The notes beneath the pieces are model-generated. The model was not told the DNA's origin. It saw nothing but the letters and a program-made list of their open reading frames with translations, and did not search any database. Both the position numbers and the translations under genes were made by a program. A DNA stretch of 63,887 nucleotides, the filler included, from Octopus bimaculoides (Eukaryota), in NCBI RefSeq assembly GCF_001194135.2. It is 5 parts of 4 records of this genome, joined end to end, with 100 filler letters (N's around TTAATTAATTAA, not from the genome) between each part and the next. Parts side by side here need not be neighbours in the genome. Positions count along the whole stretch, not along the records: positions 1 to 23,639 come from NC_068982.1; positions 23,740 to 41,816 come from NC_068999.1; 3 more parts are not named here. The stretch is one strand, 5' to 3'. Each line of letters opens with the position of its first letter. Positions within the stretch are counted from its first letter, which is position 1. Below, in pieces: positions 11,614 through 23,925 of the stretch.

Positions 11614-14600
11614 GTAAGTATTTACTTACATTCTTCCTCATGACCAAAACCTCTTGTCATCCCTTAACTTTGTCGAATTTTCTCGTTGATTCAATGTATT
11701 GAAGTCTTTGATTTCCCCATACTATTTTTATTCTGAATTATTCTATTTAATCTTTCCAATATTCCTTGTTCTCTCTCTCTCTCTCTTTCTGTTTTTTTCC
11801 TTCCTTTTCTCTCTTTTTTTTTCCGCTTTACTCTTTTCCTTAATATGTAATCATTTCTTGGTATCTAAATCACCTCTTATATTAACTGTCAAATTTTTAC
11901 ACCACTTTCTCCGCATCATTTGTTCCACTGTTTCTGATTATTCCCACACCTCCTAAATGGTCAGTATAAACCATGATTAACCGTTAACCTTTTACGATTA
12001 TATATCCACCTGTTCCAGCTGTTGTTTATCTTTTCTTCCATCAACACCAGGAACACTTCCAATACTGATTGATCACTATATAACGGTTGCCTGCACGTCT
12101 TTCTTTTTTTTTTTCTCTCTTGGAATTTTCACAACTGTCAAAATTAATAAATAGTATTCAAGTTAAAATTAGAACTCTTAACTCTAATAATAACCAAAAC
12201 AATTAAATCTTTAGTTATTAATAATTGAACACACGTACAAACTAGGGAGAGAAGGGTTTTTTTTTTTAACACTATCAATAAGCGATAAATAGCAGAAATA
12301 GTACATTTCTCCTGTATATGTTCAGATGTAATTATATAACATAGTCATTTCAGAACCTGTTGAGGTTGACCAGATGACTAGTAAGCATTGATTACCCATA
12401 CAGAACAATTTAGTTAACATATGACAAATGACTTGTGAAATCTTGAATTTATGACTGAAATATTTAGCCTAGCGAAGAGTGAATTTCAAATAAACACTTT
12501 GTAATAAGTTTGTCTATAGCTTACATTTCCAGGAAGGCAAGCTAGATTGTAATTACAGTTAAAACGTGATATTACAATACACACACACACATGTATATAT
12601 ATATGATATTGGTTTTAGTCATTGGTAGTATACAATACTTAGTATGTTTTAGCCAACAAAAACTGACATTCAATCCTAACCCGAACAGGCACGATCTTGT
12701 TAGGCGACCACTTGTCAAACGGGCAAAATTTAACCCAAAATAGATGTTTGTTTTACAATACCGGGTAACGTTAATAGTCGATTTGATAACTGTTTCATAT
12801 TAAACACACACGGATATGAAATAATATTCTCAAGAAGTCGTTTATATGGCGAGAGCTTCAGAGATGATCTCCCGGCGAGTTGAGTTCGCACACTAGATGC
12901 GAGCGAATCCCATTGATAACATTTTTCATTCACGTTATTTGGGAGAAGCATGACTGCTAGTATCGTTTCTTTACATTTGTGTGGGGAAAAAAATCATATC
13001 AAATCATATTTACATTTAAAAGCATTATATGTATTAAGTTCAATGACAGAAGCTAGTAAAAGAATGTGAAACGTGCGCGCGCGTGTAAAATATTTATGCG
13101 CTAAGTTTATATACAAACACATGTCATAGACACTAACTGCGGTTTTGTAATGTTGAGATTATGATAAACGATTCACTTGAGTAACCGAATAACAGTTTTT
13201 CATTAGTTTCCTCCTATATATTTTGTAGTTTTTTTTATTTTCTTTTGTTAGAGGAACCAAAAGAAAATTAATTGGGTTGCTCGTTCCCTTATCATTATAA
13301 CAGACGGAAACAACTTGTCATTCCAGTTACCACTTGGGGGTTGTTGATAAGGTTGTCAGATAGTTAAACTTATGCTGTTAATACTAAGGTGTCTGATAGT
13401 TGAACTTATTAATATTTAACAGAGAGCAATATTAGTAAAAAAATCTTCTGTCAATGAACTCAAACCCTTCATTTTATTCAATTGTTCTCTGCAGTTCATT
13501 CTATACATTCAGAATGTTCACCGCCAGTTCAATTAGTTAGAACCTGTTTCACGTGAAAATACCGAAGTAAATACAACAGAATGAAATATAACAATTATTA
13601 TTGATTTAGTGCTGAGTTTTAACAATTAGATTACTATTATTATGTATATTAATGAAATGAGGGCATTTAACCTCACGTTGTGTACTATTTAGCAGATATT
13701 ACATGAAAACCAATGCCAATATATATATTTGTGAACTCCTGTTTTGGTTGGAATCTAAGTACTGGTACTTTAATGGGGTGGTTATCACTTGTTGAGTCAG
13801 TAATCCTTTCAGGAGCCACTATGATCTATAGAAAACCAGTATTATAACTGTGGTTTCTGTTGTTGTTGTGGTTTAGCTCCAGGTCAACTCTGATCTATGA
13901 CCGACGAATTTTTATAAGTATGTTTAGGGCTACTTTATCCAACGTGCCCCACCCCTTTTATATAATATTGTAGGCAGGGTACGATTTGAGAGAGATTCAA
14001 CTGTTGTTTCCAGCTAGTCGAACAACCACATAGCGGTTCTCTCAGTGGCTTGTAGCTGCTGTACTTTATATTAGACAGATGTGAGGAATTTCTCCTTGGA
14101 TAGGTTGCTAGTCTGTTGCAGGTAACTTTTTCTTAATGAAAGTGGCATGGAAAAGTGATGAGTTTTGTGCAGTGGATATAAATTCTCGTGGTTTGATACT
14201 TTATCCATTTAGTTTTTAAAGAACTTACATTAATAATGTGAGTTGTGTTATACATGTTTTATTTTGGGACCTGATAGGATTCTTGCTTATAATATTCCTG
14301 GAAAATTTGTTTATACCAGAAGTATTTTATCAGTTTATGAATCTGCTCACTAGCATGTTTTGCATGTTTCTGCTACAAACAACTCTGTTGGGAAAAGCTG
14401 AGATTGAGTAGGTTTTTCTTCGCATTACCATTAATACTGACTGAGCCCATTGGCATTTAAAAAAAAAAAGATAAGATTTAAAACTAATAAAAGCTCTTTG
14501 TCATTTTTCAAAATAACTTTTGCTTGCCACAGAGTGGAAGATGCTTATACTATATTTTCAAAGTGAAAGAATTTATATTCTTTTCAAGTCACATTTCTTT

Positions 14601-15036
14601 AAAATCAGATTCTAAAAGTACACACTCCTCGTCAATCTTTTATTAGTTTTGTCAGACTTTTCTTCAATAAAGCTGTCTTTATCAAGTTTCTTACATCTGT
14701 ATGGATTGTTGGTGCAATAGTATATAATAACAGTTTGAAACAATAGTTATCAGCTCATGGAACAATGCTACAATCTTGCATAGCTTCTCTTCAAGATATG
14801 TTGATATAGTCACTTTTATTCTTTCTTTTTGTCTTTATTTTATATTTAAGATGGTTTCTAATCCATCTCACTAAATGGTTTTCCATTTTTAAGTAAATAT
14901 TAGATATTATTACAGTTATTGTTTTTCAAAAAGCTATAGTTACATTCCTTTGCATACTGAGTTCAAATCTTGCTGAAGTCAATATATCTGTAATTATTCC
15001 AGTGAACAACTGATAAAATAAATTCAGTTAACTATA

Positions 15037-15236
15037 CAGGGTATCCATAAATTATCTTTACAATTTAAAAAATTCAGAAAAACCCCCCCCCAGAAAATAA
15101 AGATAACTCTGAAATTTATTGGAAAACAAAGTTTTATTAGAAACATCAGAACACTTCTCCACAGGCTCCATTGGATCTCAACTTTAATAGATACAATTAA
15201 TTGTGGAAGTTGTAAAGATAATTTATGGACATCCGG
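15037..15236. mobile_element. 200-bp Tc1/mariner-type MITE
   Basis: 27-bp TIRs (CAGGGTATCCATAAATTATCTTTACAA, 3 mismatches), with TA on both sides. Confidence 0.8.
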
Positions 15237-18200
15237 TATATTCCTACTATAAATTCATGATGTAACAGTGTAAGAACTCCATGTTGCTGTTGACATTATT
15301 AATGGGGTATATATCTCGAAAACAAAATTTTCACTTTTGAGACCATTTCCCCTTCTAAACTGTAACTGACATTTATATATAATACTAAGAGAATATGTGG
15401 TGTGATTAACCATTTGTTTTAATGGAGAAGCAACAAGTAAAATAAAATTATAAAAGAAACATAAGATCAATGGATATACCATTTAACATGGAAAATAATC
15501 TTGTGAGGATTTTGTTTGATTTTTCTTTGGTTCATCAATGCTTATTTTACTGTTAGTCAGCAGTGTAGGTTGAACCCAATATGTTTGAAAGTTTCTATAT
15601 TAGTTAGTCCTGGTAAGCTGTAATCAGGCTGAATAAATCCTGTGTTTGATATGTTGAATGGTTCACTGAAAGCAAACTTAAGTGGACTATTTAGTTATCA
15701 TGTATATTGTGCTAATGACATTTCAAGGGTAATGATATCTCGGTGACCTTGTAAATTGTGCTGCCCTGTTCCATACAATATCTATAGCTTAGTGATCACT
15801 AGATAACTTTGAATGTTGTATTGCAATACTTCATTCTATATCTTTAGGTGATTGACCACTAAGTGAGCTTGTATACCGTGTTGAATTAATCCATGTGATA
15901 TCTTCAAATGATAGTGAATAATATATTGCATATATAACATGTATTTTTAGATATTTACAACTAAGCAGCTAAATACTGTTGTCACAACCAATGGCTGATA
16001 TTTTATCAGTCTATTTACATTTATTTAAGAGTAAGTAAAATCCACAATGAGTTACTGCCTCAAGTGCATTTAATGAGTGGAATCCATTCATGACTGAAAA
16101 ATATAGATATCTTTGAGTTGATGTTGTACAATTTAGTTAGCTGTATCAATAAATTATAGACAATATCTCCCAGACTTAGCCAATGCTAATAAGTATATAA
16201 TTTAAAAAAAAAATTATGTTGAACAGCAGTATGTTTCTTTTATTCTACTTGAACTTGAAATGACCTACTTTTAAGCCAGCTAAAATTTTAAGCTTGATGT
16301 TTCTATTTACTGTTTCATATAGACTAGTCAACACAATTATATGATAAAAAAGGCACTAGTAAACTTAATATAATGAGCATGATGATGTTAATTAGTCAAG
16401 GCTGCACCTGCAGTGTAGAGAGGTAAACATTGTTGAACAATGTTTAATTCATTCAACCAAATAATAGCAAGGGAGACAAATCAAAGAAATTATTTTTGTT
16501 TTTTGAAATGTGTTGATGCACCAAAGTCCCAGTTAATTAAAATTATAAAAATTCAATGCAGTGAGGGAGGAAGACAGGAACAACGCCATACATGTTTCTG
16601 TCTCATTACACCTCCTCAATAAAATAGTCATTCATGCTGCTGTCAGATTTATAGAAGTAAGAAATATATGTATATAAGAGTATGTACAAAAACTGATGTG
16701 ACAATGCAAAGTTTGAACAAAGAGCTGTTAAATGTTCAATGCATAAAGTATTTGGTAAAAAAAAAATAACAACAAGTTGTTATACAATCAAGCTGTCTTG
16801 TCTGGATTAGATACCATATGTATTAACTGTTAAATGGTAGATAAAATACTCAGATAAAAGCAACTTTCATTGTTAAAGACAATAGGAAGGAAATTATGAT
16901 ATATGGTGCATGTTTTTGAAATATAAGAGAGAGGGAGCAAAGAGTGCTTAGTCTAATACTAAAAAGTGGATAGAAAAGTAATTTGAGAAGACTTCAGTTA
17001 AACCTCACCTGTGTAGTGAAATGAATCTGTCCATTGAAGATCAGCACCTGTGTTATAAAATCTAGAAGATATTTAGTGTTGAAGTATCTCCTTATACAAT
17101 TTATGAGTGATAGTATACATTATTTGGGCAGTCTTTATCAAAGACACTTATGGCATAATGAAAGTCATTTAATTACTTGAAAATATGACACAGTTCCCTT
17201 AGCTATGTTGTCTGGTTATGGTTTAGTATGATAGCTGTATTTATTTTTCCAGGTCTATAGAAATGAAATACAAGCTTATGAACAATGTTGAAATATAGAA
17301 ATAATATAAAATAATATAAACGTGTTTGGTGTGTGTGTATGTATGTGATCATCCTCATCATCATATTATTTTATGTCTGCTTTCATGCTGGCATGTGTTA
17401 GATGGATCATTACAGTCTAAATCATGTTATTGGAACCCACTTGATCTGGGAAACTGAAACTTGTATACATCATCTGGTTTGATTTCTACCCTCCCTTTCA
17501 TTAACCAAAGTGAAGAAGATGCATTTGTTTTTTTATTTTTTATTGTGGTACTAACTTTAGAAAGTTAAAAAGTCTTTGATGAGACAGGACCATAGGGACC
17601 TTACAGCTCTACACTTTCTCTGCTAATCTCCCAACCATTAAAAAATTTTTACAGAGTTTATTTTGTGTGACACCAGCATTGGAGAAGTTGCCATGCTCAC
17701 CAATCCATCAATTTGGCACAATTTGGCAGCTTTCTTTTGTTGCACCAGAACAGGCGGTGGGGGAGGAGAAGGTGCCTTGCATGCAGGAAATGTAGAAAGT
17801 ATTTCATAACTTAAGACATGTGAACTGAGGAGGAGGAGGGGTATATAAGAAAGAATGATAACAGCAGCAAAATCAGAAATGGGTGAAAGGAACATGAGTG
17901 TAAGTGCGGAAGAAAACTCAGAAACTTAGGATGCGTACATTTGATTAGGTGGCCAAGAAAGGGATTCAGAGTGAGAAAGAGTGATGGCATCAAATAGGCT
18001 GAAATGAATGGGTGGGAGGAGCAGGTGTCTATTGTAAGAGGCAGCATCTTTTGGGGTATAGTTTGGCAATAGCAGAGGTGGACAAAAGAGTAGGTGATGG
18101 GAGAGCAACAGAAACTGCTACCTCATCTCCTCGTACAATTTATGGAAGAAATTGTTGGCTGGTTGTACAGAAGGATGAAGATGTTGTGTATTGGGGAGTG

Positions 18201-18949
18201 GGATTAGAGTAGCTCAATGCAGTCAGTGTGTTGTGTAAACATAGACCTATGAAGGGCTAGGGAATTAGGGTAAGTGAGATGATCTTCAGTATAGTACAGA
18301 AGGGCCAAACTAGAGTGAATTGGTTAGTTAGATAAGGATGGTGTGATACCATCCTATACATAGGCTCATGAAAACAGGACCTATGTATCATCATCATCAT
18401 CATCATCATCATTTAATGTCCATTTTCCATACTGGCATGGGTTAGACATCCACCCTGATGAAGCTCCATGTACTAGATCAGATGTGCTATAATGATGACA
18501 AATATTATTCTCATAATTTTCTTTGGTGGCACCAACTGACATTGGCAGCAGGAATGGCTGTAAGCAATGTTCAAGCTTTGTATTAAAAAATATTTAACCG
18601 ATGGTAGTCAATTTGTTTGTTGATCAAACGTTTTCTCCATTTTCTGCTCATTTCAAATTTGATTCCTGATAAACTCTTGTTTATTCTGTTATTGCCTGTA
18701 TCCTGTCTGCATAGTATTCTTGCATACCTGTGCCGAGGGTTAATATAGTTAATTTACACCGTTAGTAATAACAGATATTCTTATCCCTTAGACGTTTACT
18801 CCGACCGCTAACTCTACTTACTTATATATATATATATNNNNNNNNNNNNNNNNNNNNNNNNNNNNNNNNNNNNNNNNNNNNNNNNNNNNNNNNNNNNNNN
18901 NNNNNNNNNNNNNNNNNNNNNNNNNNNNNNNNNNNNNNNNNNNATATAT

Positions 18950-21271
18950 AATGTAGTTCAGAGCTGTGGCCATACTGGAGCACCACTGTTTTGCTACACT
19001 GTTATTATTGAGAGCCTCCTCTAATATGTGACATTTGGTGAATGAGAGAGTTTGATATCACTACTCTCATTTCCACCTCTTGCTGCGAGGTAGGTTCTTC
19101 TGAGACTCTTGACAGGAAGAGGTCCAGGTTTGATTTGAAAACGCCTACATCCACTTTGTGTAGGTGCCTCAGGCTCCATTGGCCACCACCGCCTGACCTC
19201 TATCCTTCAGAAAGTCATGTAAGCACTCATCAAGTTTACCAGCTATGCCGAGATCATGAAACTCAGGCTGTTGCATGCAATACGATGGCATTGCTGGGAT
19301 CTTTGGCACTGAGCAGTGTTGACCCGTTCTGGCATTGATGTAGCTTTCAATGCCAAAATTTAGCACAATTCCTTCCAGGATCTTCGAGATGTATATTACT
19401 GCATACCTCTCCCGCCTTCTCTCCAGGGAGTAGAGTCTTAGCTGTTTCAGCCTTTCCCAGTAGCTGAGCTGTTGCAACGAGACGATCTTCTTTGTGAAGC
19501 TTCACTGGATTGCTTCAAGGTCCACTGTTAATTTTATGCTGTTGGGTGACCATAGCTAGGAGCAGTAGTCCAGGCAACTGAGTATGAATGTTCTCCAGGA
19601 GACTATCATGGTTTCCTTCTTTCTGCTTCTGAACATTCTCAGGATCCATCCAGCCAGTTGTCTGCACTTTGTCGCCATCCTGGTAATGTGCTCTTGGAAA
19701 GAAGTATCATCACTCATGTCGATACCCAGATCATTGATNNNNNNNNNNAAGTATCATCACTCATGTCGATACCCAGATCATTGATTTAGGCTTTGGGATT
19801 GTAATCCCCTGTGGACCAGTGTACCATGTAATTTTTACATTCAGTTTTGAACACTGGTAGCGCATGGCTTGGAATTTTTCAGCATTAAACTGTATATTAT
19901 CTGTGAATTGAGTCCAACTCCTACTGCAGGTGTGCTACATCACTGGGGTTCTGTATTTCCTGTGCGACTTTCATAACATCTGTGTAGCTAGCAAGGGTGG
20001 CTATCCGGGCAGCTGAGGGCATATCTGAGAGGGCCACTATGAAAAGCAGTGGTCCCAATACAGTGCCCTGTGGAACACTGCTCACTATTTTTGTTTTCTT
20101 TAAGATGGCTCCATTGGCCACCACCGCTTGACCTCTATCCTTCAGAAAGCCATGTAACCACTCACCAAGTTCACCAGCTATGCTGAGATCATGCAGTTTG
20201 GGGCATATCACACCATAATCCACTTTATCAAAAGCTTTTGCAAAGTCAAGATATATTACATCCACATTTGAGTTCTTGAGTAACTGCCTCAACACCAAAT
20301 CATAGTGCTGTAAGAGCTGGGTCAGGCAGCTCCTACCTCGTTGAAACCCATGCTGAGTATCACTCAGCAAGTTATTTTCTTCAAGGAATGCGATTAGTTT
20401 TCCTCTGACTATCCCTTCCATGACTTTGCTGATGTGTGAAGTCAGAGACATAGGCCTATATTTTTTAGCATCTGCTCTGCTTCCCTCTTTATGGATTGGG
20501 CATATTTTTCCCCCCCTTCAGTTTGCTTGTCAGCCTGCCATTTGCAAGAAAGCTCTGGAAGAGCATCTGTAGTGGTTTCGCCAGGGCACGCTTTCACAAT
20601 TTGAGGAGGATTGCTGGAAAACCATCAGGACCAGCAGTTGAGTTTGCATCCACCTCATCTATGGCTAGTAGTATATCTTCTTTGCTAATGTTGATGTAAT
20701 CCATTGTAACTGCCTCACTGGTTATAGATGAGGCAGCAAAGAAATCTACTGGTTTGTTCACTTGTCTGTGTTCCAATGGGGTGGTCATCAGTACCTCACT
20801 AATCCTGATTGGACTATCTGTGAGGGAATCATCCTGCTGGAAGAGGGGTCAAATTTTGCAGCGTACTGAGGCTGTTTCTTTGGCATAATGAAAGAAGGCC
20901 TTTGGGTTTGAGTTAATGTGAAGCAGAGATCCAAAATGTTATTCGCCATATTTGGTCTGAGCACAACCTGCTCCATGAATAGGGCATTGGTGAGGTTGAG
21001 CAGGAACTCTACCTGTACTTGTTTGCAACAAGTCATTCCTGAAAGCACGAGGCCTTCAGGCCATTTGATATTGGGGAAGTTGAAATCACCCATAAGAAAT
21101 ACACTCATGTGGTGCTCCAGTTTCATGAGGATTTTCTTAATTCTTGTGAGGCAATCTTCAAACTTGCCTATGTGGTTTGGAGCATCCGGTGGGCAATATG
21201 TATTGTATATGACTATATTGTGTTGTCTTACGTATACAATTAGAGTGTCATATACTGAATTTGAGTATGAC
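18950..21271 (-). mobile_element. CR1-like LINE, degenerate ORF2 (APE C-half, RT, 3' end)
   Basis: YCPPD..., MGDFNFPNIKW, LDLCF; SLTSHISKVME...QHGFQRGRSCLTQLL...YLDFAKAFDKVD...SVPQGTVLGPLLF. It has stops, frameshifts and an internal deletion. Confidence 0.93.
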
Positions 21272-21667
21272 CTGGCTACAACAAGTGCAAACAAGGAACC
21301 TTACCCACCACTGCACAAGACCACCACAATTAACTGACATGGGATGGCCTCCCTTAATGTCTGCACAGTTGTCACACCAATATTTTTACTAAATATTAGG
21401 GGCCTGTTGCATCACAACAACAAAAGCAAAGTTTTTTTCCTGAGAGACCTTGCTGCATGCAATCAAGCCCTATGCATAGCATTCGTGGAAACTCATCTGA
21501 GCCATGATATAGAGAATGCAGGAGTACACATAGCAAAATATACCATACTGCAAACAGACAGAAGGGAAAAGAGCCATGGTGGAGTTGCTATAGACATCCA
21601 CGAAGACCTCACACCCCAGATCTTACTGTCATACTCAAATTCAGTATGTGACACTCTAATTGTATAC
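21272..21667 (+). mobile_element. Inverted 5' segment of the same CR1-like LINE (putative ORF1 end plus ORF2 start)
   Basis: MASLNVCTVVTPIFLLNIRGL...AFVETHL...HGGVAI...SYSNSVCDTLIVY. The last 40 bp overlap the start of the minus-strand part. Confidence 0.85.
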
Positions 21668-21769
21668 AACTTTTTTTTCGAAATTTTTTTTTTTATTCTA
21701 CATGGAAAAATACAGAGATTAAGTATATGGGGAAAAAAAAACAAATTTTAATTTTAAAGAAAAACTCGA

Positions 21770-22052
21770 GTGAGGTCGTTGCCAGTGCCTCTAGACTGGC
21801 TCCTGTGCATGTGGCATGTAAAATACACCATTCTGAGCGTGGCCGTTGCCAGTACTGCCGGACTGGCCTTTGTGCCAGTGGCACATAAAAGCACCCACTA
21901 CACTCTCGGAGTGGTTGGCGTTAGGAAGGGCATCCAACCGTAGAAACTCTGCCAAATCATATTGGAGCCTGGTGTAGCCATCTGGCTCACCAGTCCTCAA
22001 TCAAATCGTCCAACTCATGCTAGCATGGAAAGCGGACATTGATGATGACGAT
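21770..22052 (+). mobile_element. SINE/LINE-tail family D ending in (GAT)n
   Basis: Similar to 57935-58190 (GGCGTTAGGAAGGGCATCCAGC...CCCATGCTAGCATGGA...GATGAT). Confidence 0.75.
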
Positions 22053-22303
22053 GATCCATACATATATGTACATACTTACATCTATATGTATACATACATG
22101 GACATCAAAAAAAAAAAACATTAAACACTATGAGGAACAAAACATAAAAACAAAAACAGAAAACAAACTTTTTTCAAACAACGAAAAAAGCAAACAGAGA
22201 AACGAGACATGCAACATAAAGAGTATACCCCTTAAGATGTCAAACCTTAAGGCAAGGCAATATCTCAAGTCATATAGAATATTATTATAGGAAGAAATTC
22301 AAA

Positions 22304-22359
22304 ATCTTACAGCTGTTTCTGGGATATCCTCAAGCATGGGATATGCTGTCATCAGAGAC
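22304..22359 (-). ncRNA. Hammerhead motif, degenerate stem II
   Basis: GUCU / CUGAUGA ... UAUCC-loop-GGAUA ... GAAACAGCUGUA / AGAU. Palindromic stem III ACAGCUGU, GUA triplet. Confidence 0.55.
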
Positions 22360-23085
22360 AAATAGGGGGAAAAAATATGGAAAATGAGAACGGTATATAT
22401 CAATAAGATGACAGCATTGAGAAAGTGGGTAAAAGAATAAGGAGATGGAGAGAGAAAATACGGAAAAGAAGCATAAAAGTTCATAGTTCATCTTTCCAAA
22501 GTTATAGAAACCAGAGCATGAGTCTTTAGGTGCAATCCTATGTAAATCCATGAGCACAAGTCTTTGGGTGCAATCCTGCATATATCCATGTGGGTTAAAG
22601 TTCTGATATAGCAGACATCCTGAGAAAAAGATGCAAACATATCAACATTCAATAACAGAATGGTAGCAGAGGTGGCTATTAATTGGTAAAAGTCAAGAAA
22701 AGAAAAGAAAAGAAAAGAAATAGAAAGAGAGGTAGACAGAGTGTGTTAGGGGGGATTTTAAGGCTATCTACCTCTCTGCTACCATTCTGTTATTGAACAT
22801 TGATATGTTTGCATCTTTTTCTTGGGATGTCTACTATATCAGGACTTTAACCTACATGGATATATGCAAGATTGCACCTAAAGACTTACGCTAATGGATC
22901 TACGCAAGATTGCACCTAAGGACTCATGCTCTGGTTTCTATAACTTTGGAAAGTTGAACTATGAACTTTTCTTCTTCTTTTTTCTTCTCTCTCTCTCCAT
23001 TTCCTTATTCTTTTACTCTCTTCCTCTATGTTGTCATCTTATTGATATATGCCATTCTCATTTTCCATATTTTTTTCCCCTATTT

Positions 23086-23138
23086 GTCTCTGATGACAAT
23101 ATCCCACACTTGGGGATAGCCCAGAAATAGCTGTAAGA
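23086..23138 (+). ncRNA. Hammerhead motif, degenerate stem II
   Basis: GUCU / CUGAUGA / ..UAUCCCA-CACU-UGGGAUA.. / GAAAUAGCUGUA / AGAU. Confidence 0.55.
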
Positions 23139-23342
23139 TTTTGAATTTCTTCCTATAATAATATTTTCTTTGCCTTAATGTTAAACGTCCTGTTTAACTA
23201 TTATACATCCACTGCATCAGAAATCTTCAATGGCTCCATAACTACCATCTCGGCTATAACCTTGGAGCCCCAGTAATCCATTACAATACTTATCTAGCGT
23301 ACGTAATTGTTTAGATCACCTGTGCACTAAACCCCCATACTT

Positions 23343-23387
<45 letters not shown>

Positions 23388-23388
<1 letters not shown>

Positions 23389-23639
23389 TCCCGATGGGAA
23401 GTTCCGATTCAGCTCAAATAGCTGACTTAATATGCACATACATTCTATTCGAATTAGAAGACCAATTCCCAAATGTTAAGGGTGGTCTATACAGAGACGA
23501 TTGTCTATTATACTTAGAGAACACCACAAATCAAAAAATACAAAAAGTTAAAAATAAATTAGCTAGGTTTTTTAGCAGAATGGGCTTTGGTATAGTATTT
23601 GAAGATGAAACATCTATAGCTAACTTCTTGGACGTCACT
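23388..23639 (+). mobile_element. Penelope-like element reverse transcriptase fragment
   Basis: VPMGSSDSAQIADL...GGLYRDDCL...NFLDVT. It begins right after (TA)n/(CA)n and is cut by the assembly linker. Confidence 0.88.
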
Positions 23640-23739
23640 NNNNNNNNNNNNNNNNNNNNNNNNNNNNNNNNNNNNNNNNNNNNTTAATTAATTAANNNNN
23701 NNNNNNNNNNNNNNNNNNNNNNNNNNNNNNNNNNNNNNN
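23640..23739. other. Artificial scaffold linker (44N-TTAATTAATTAA-44N)
   Basis: The identical 100-nt structure occurs four times. The 12-mer gives stops in all six frames. Confidence 0.97.
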
Positions 23740-23807
<68 letters not shown>

Positions 23808-23838
23808 GTGACGCTGATGATGAAGATGATGATGATGG

Positions 23839-23911
<73 letters not shown>

Positions 23912-23925
23912 GATGATGATGATGA
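23740..23925. repeat. (TAA)n followed by (GAT)n microsatellite
   Basis: Seen directly in the sequence. Confidence 0.95.

Larger units (their letters stand above)
22278..23165. repeat. Diverged inverted repeat (arms about 22278-22673 and 22769-23165), PLE-terminus-like
   Basis: The arms align as reverse complements, including a shared internal ~38-bp tandem duplication. The ~95-bp spacer contains (GAAAA)n. Confidence 0.9.

Noticed and set aside
19702-19785. 37-bp direct repeat across a 10-N gap
   Set aside because: Overlapping contig ends, an assembly artefact.
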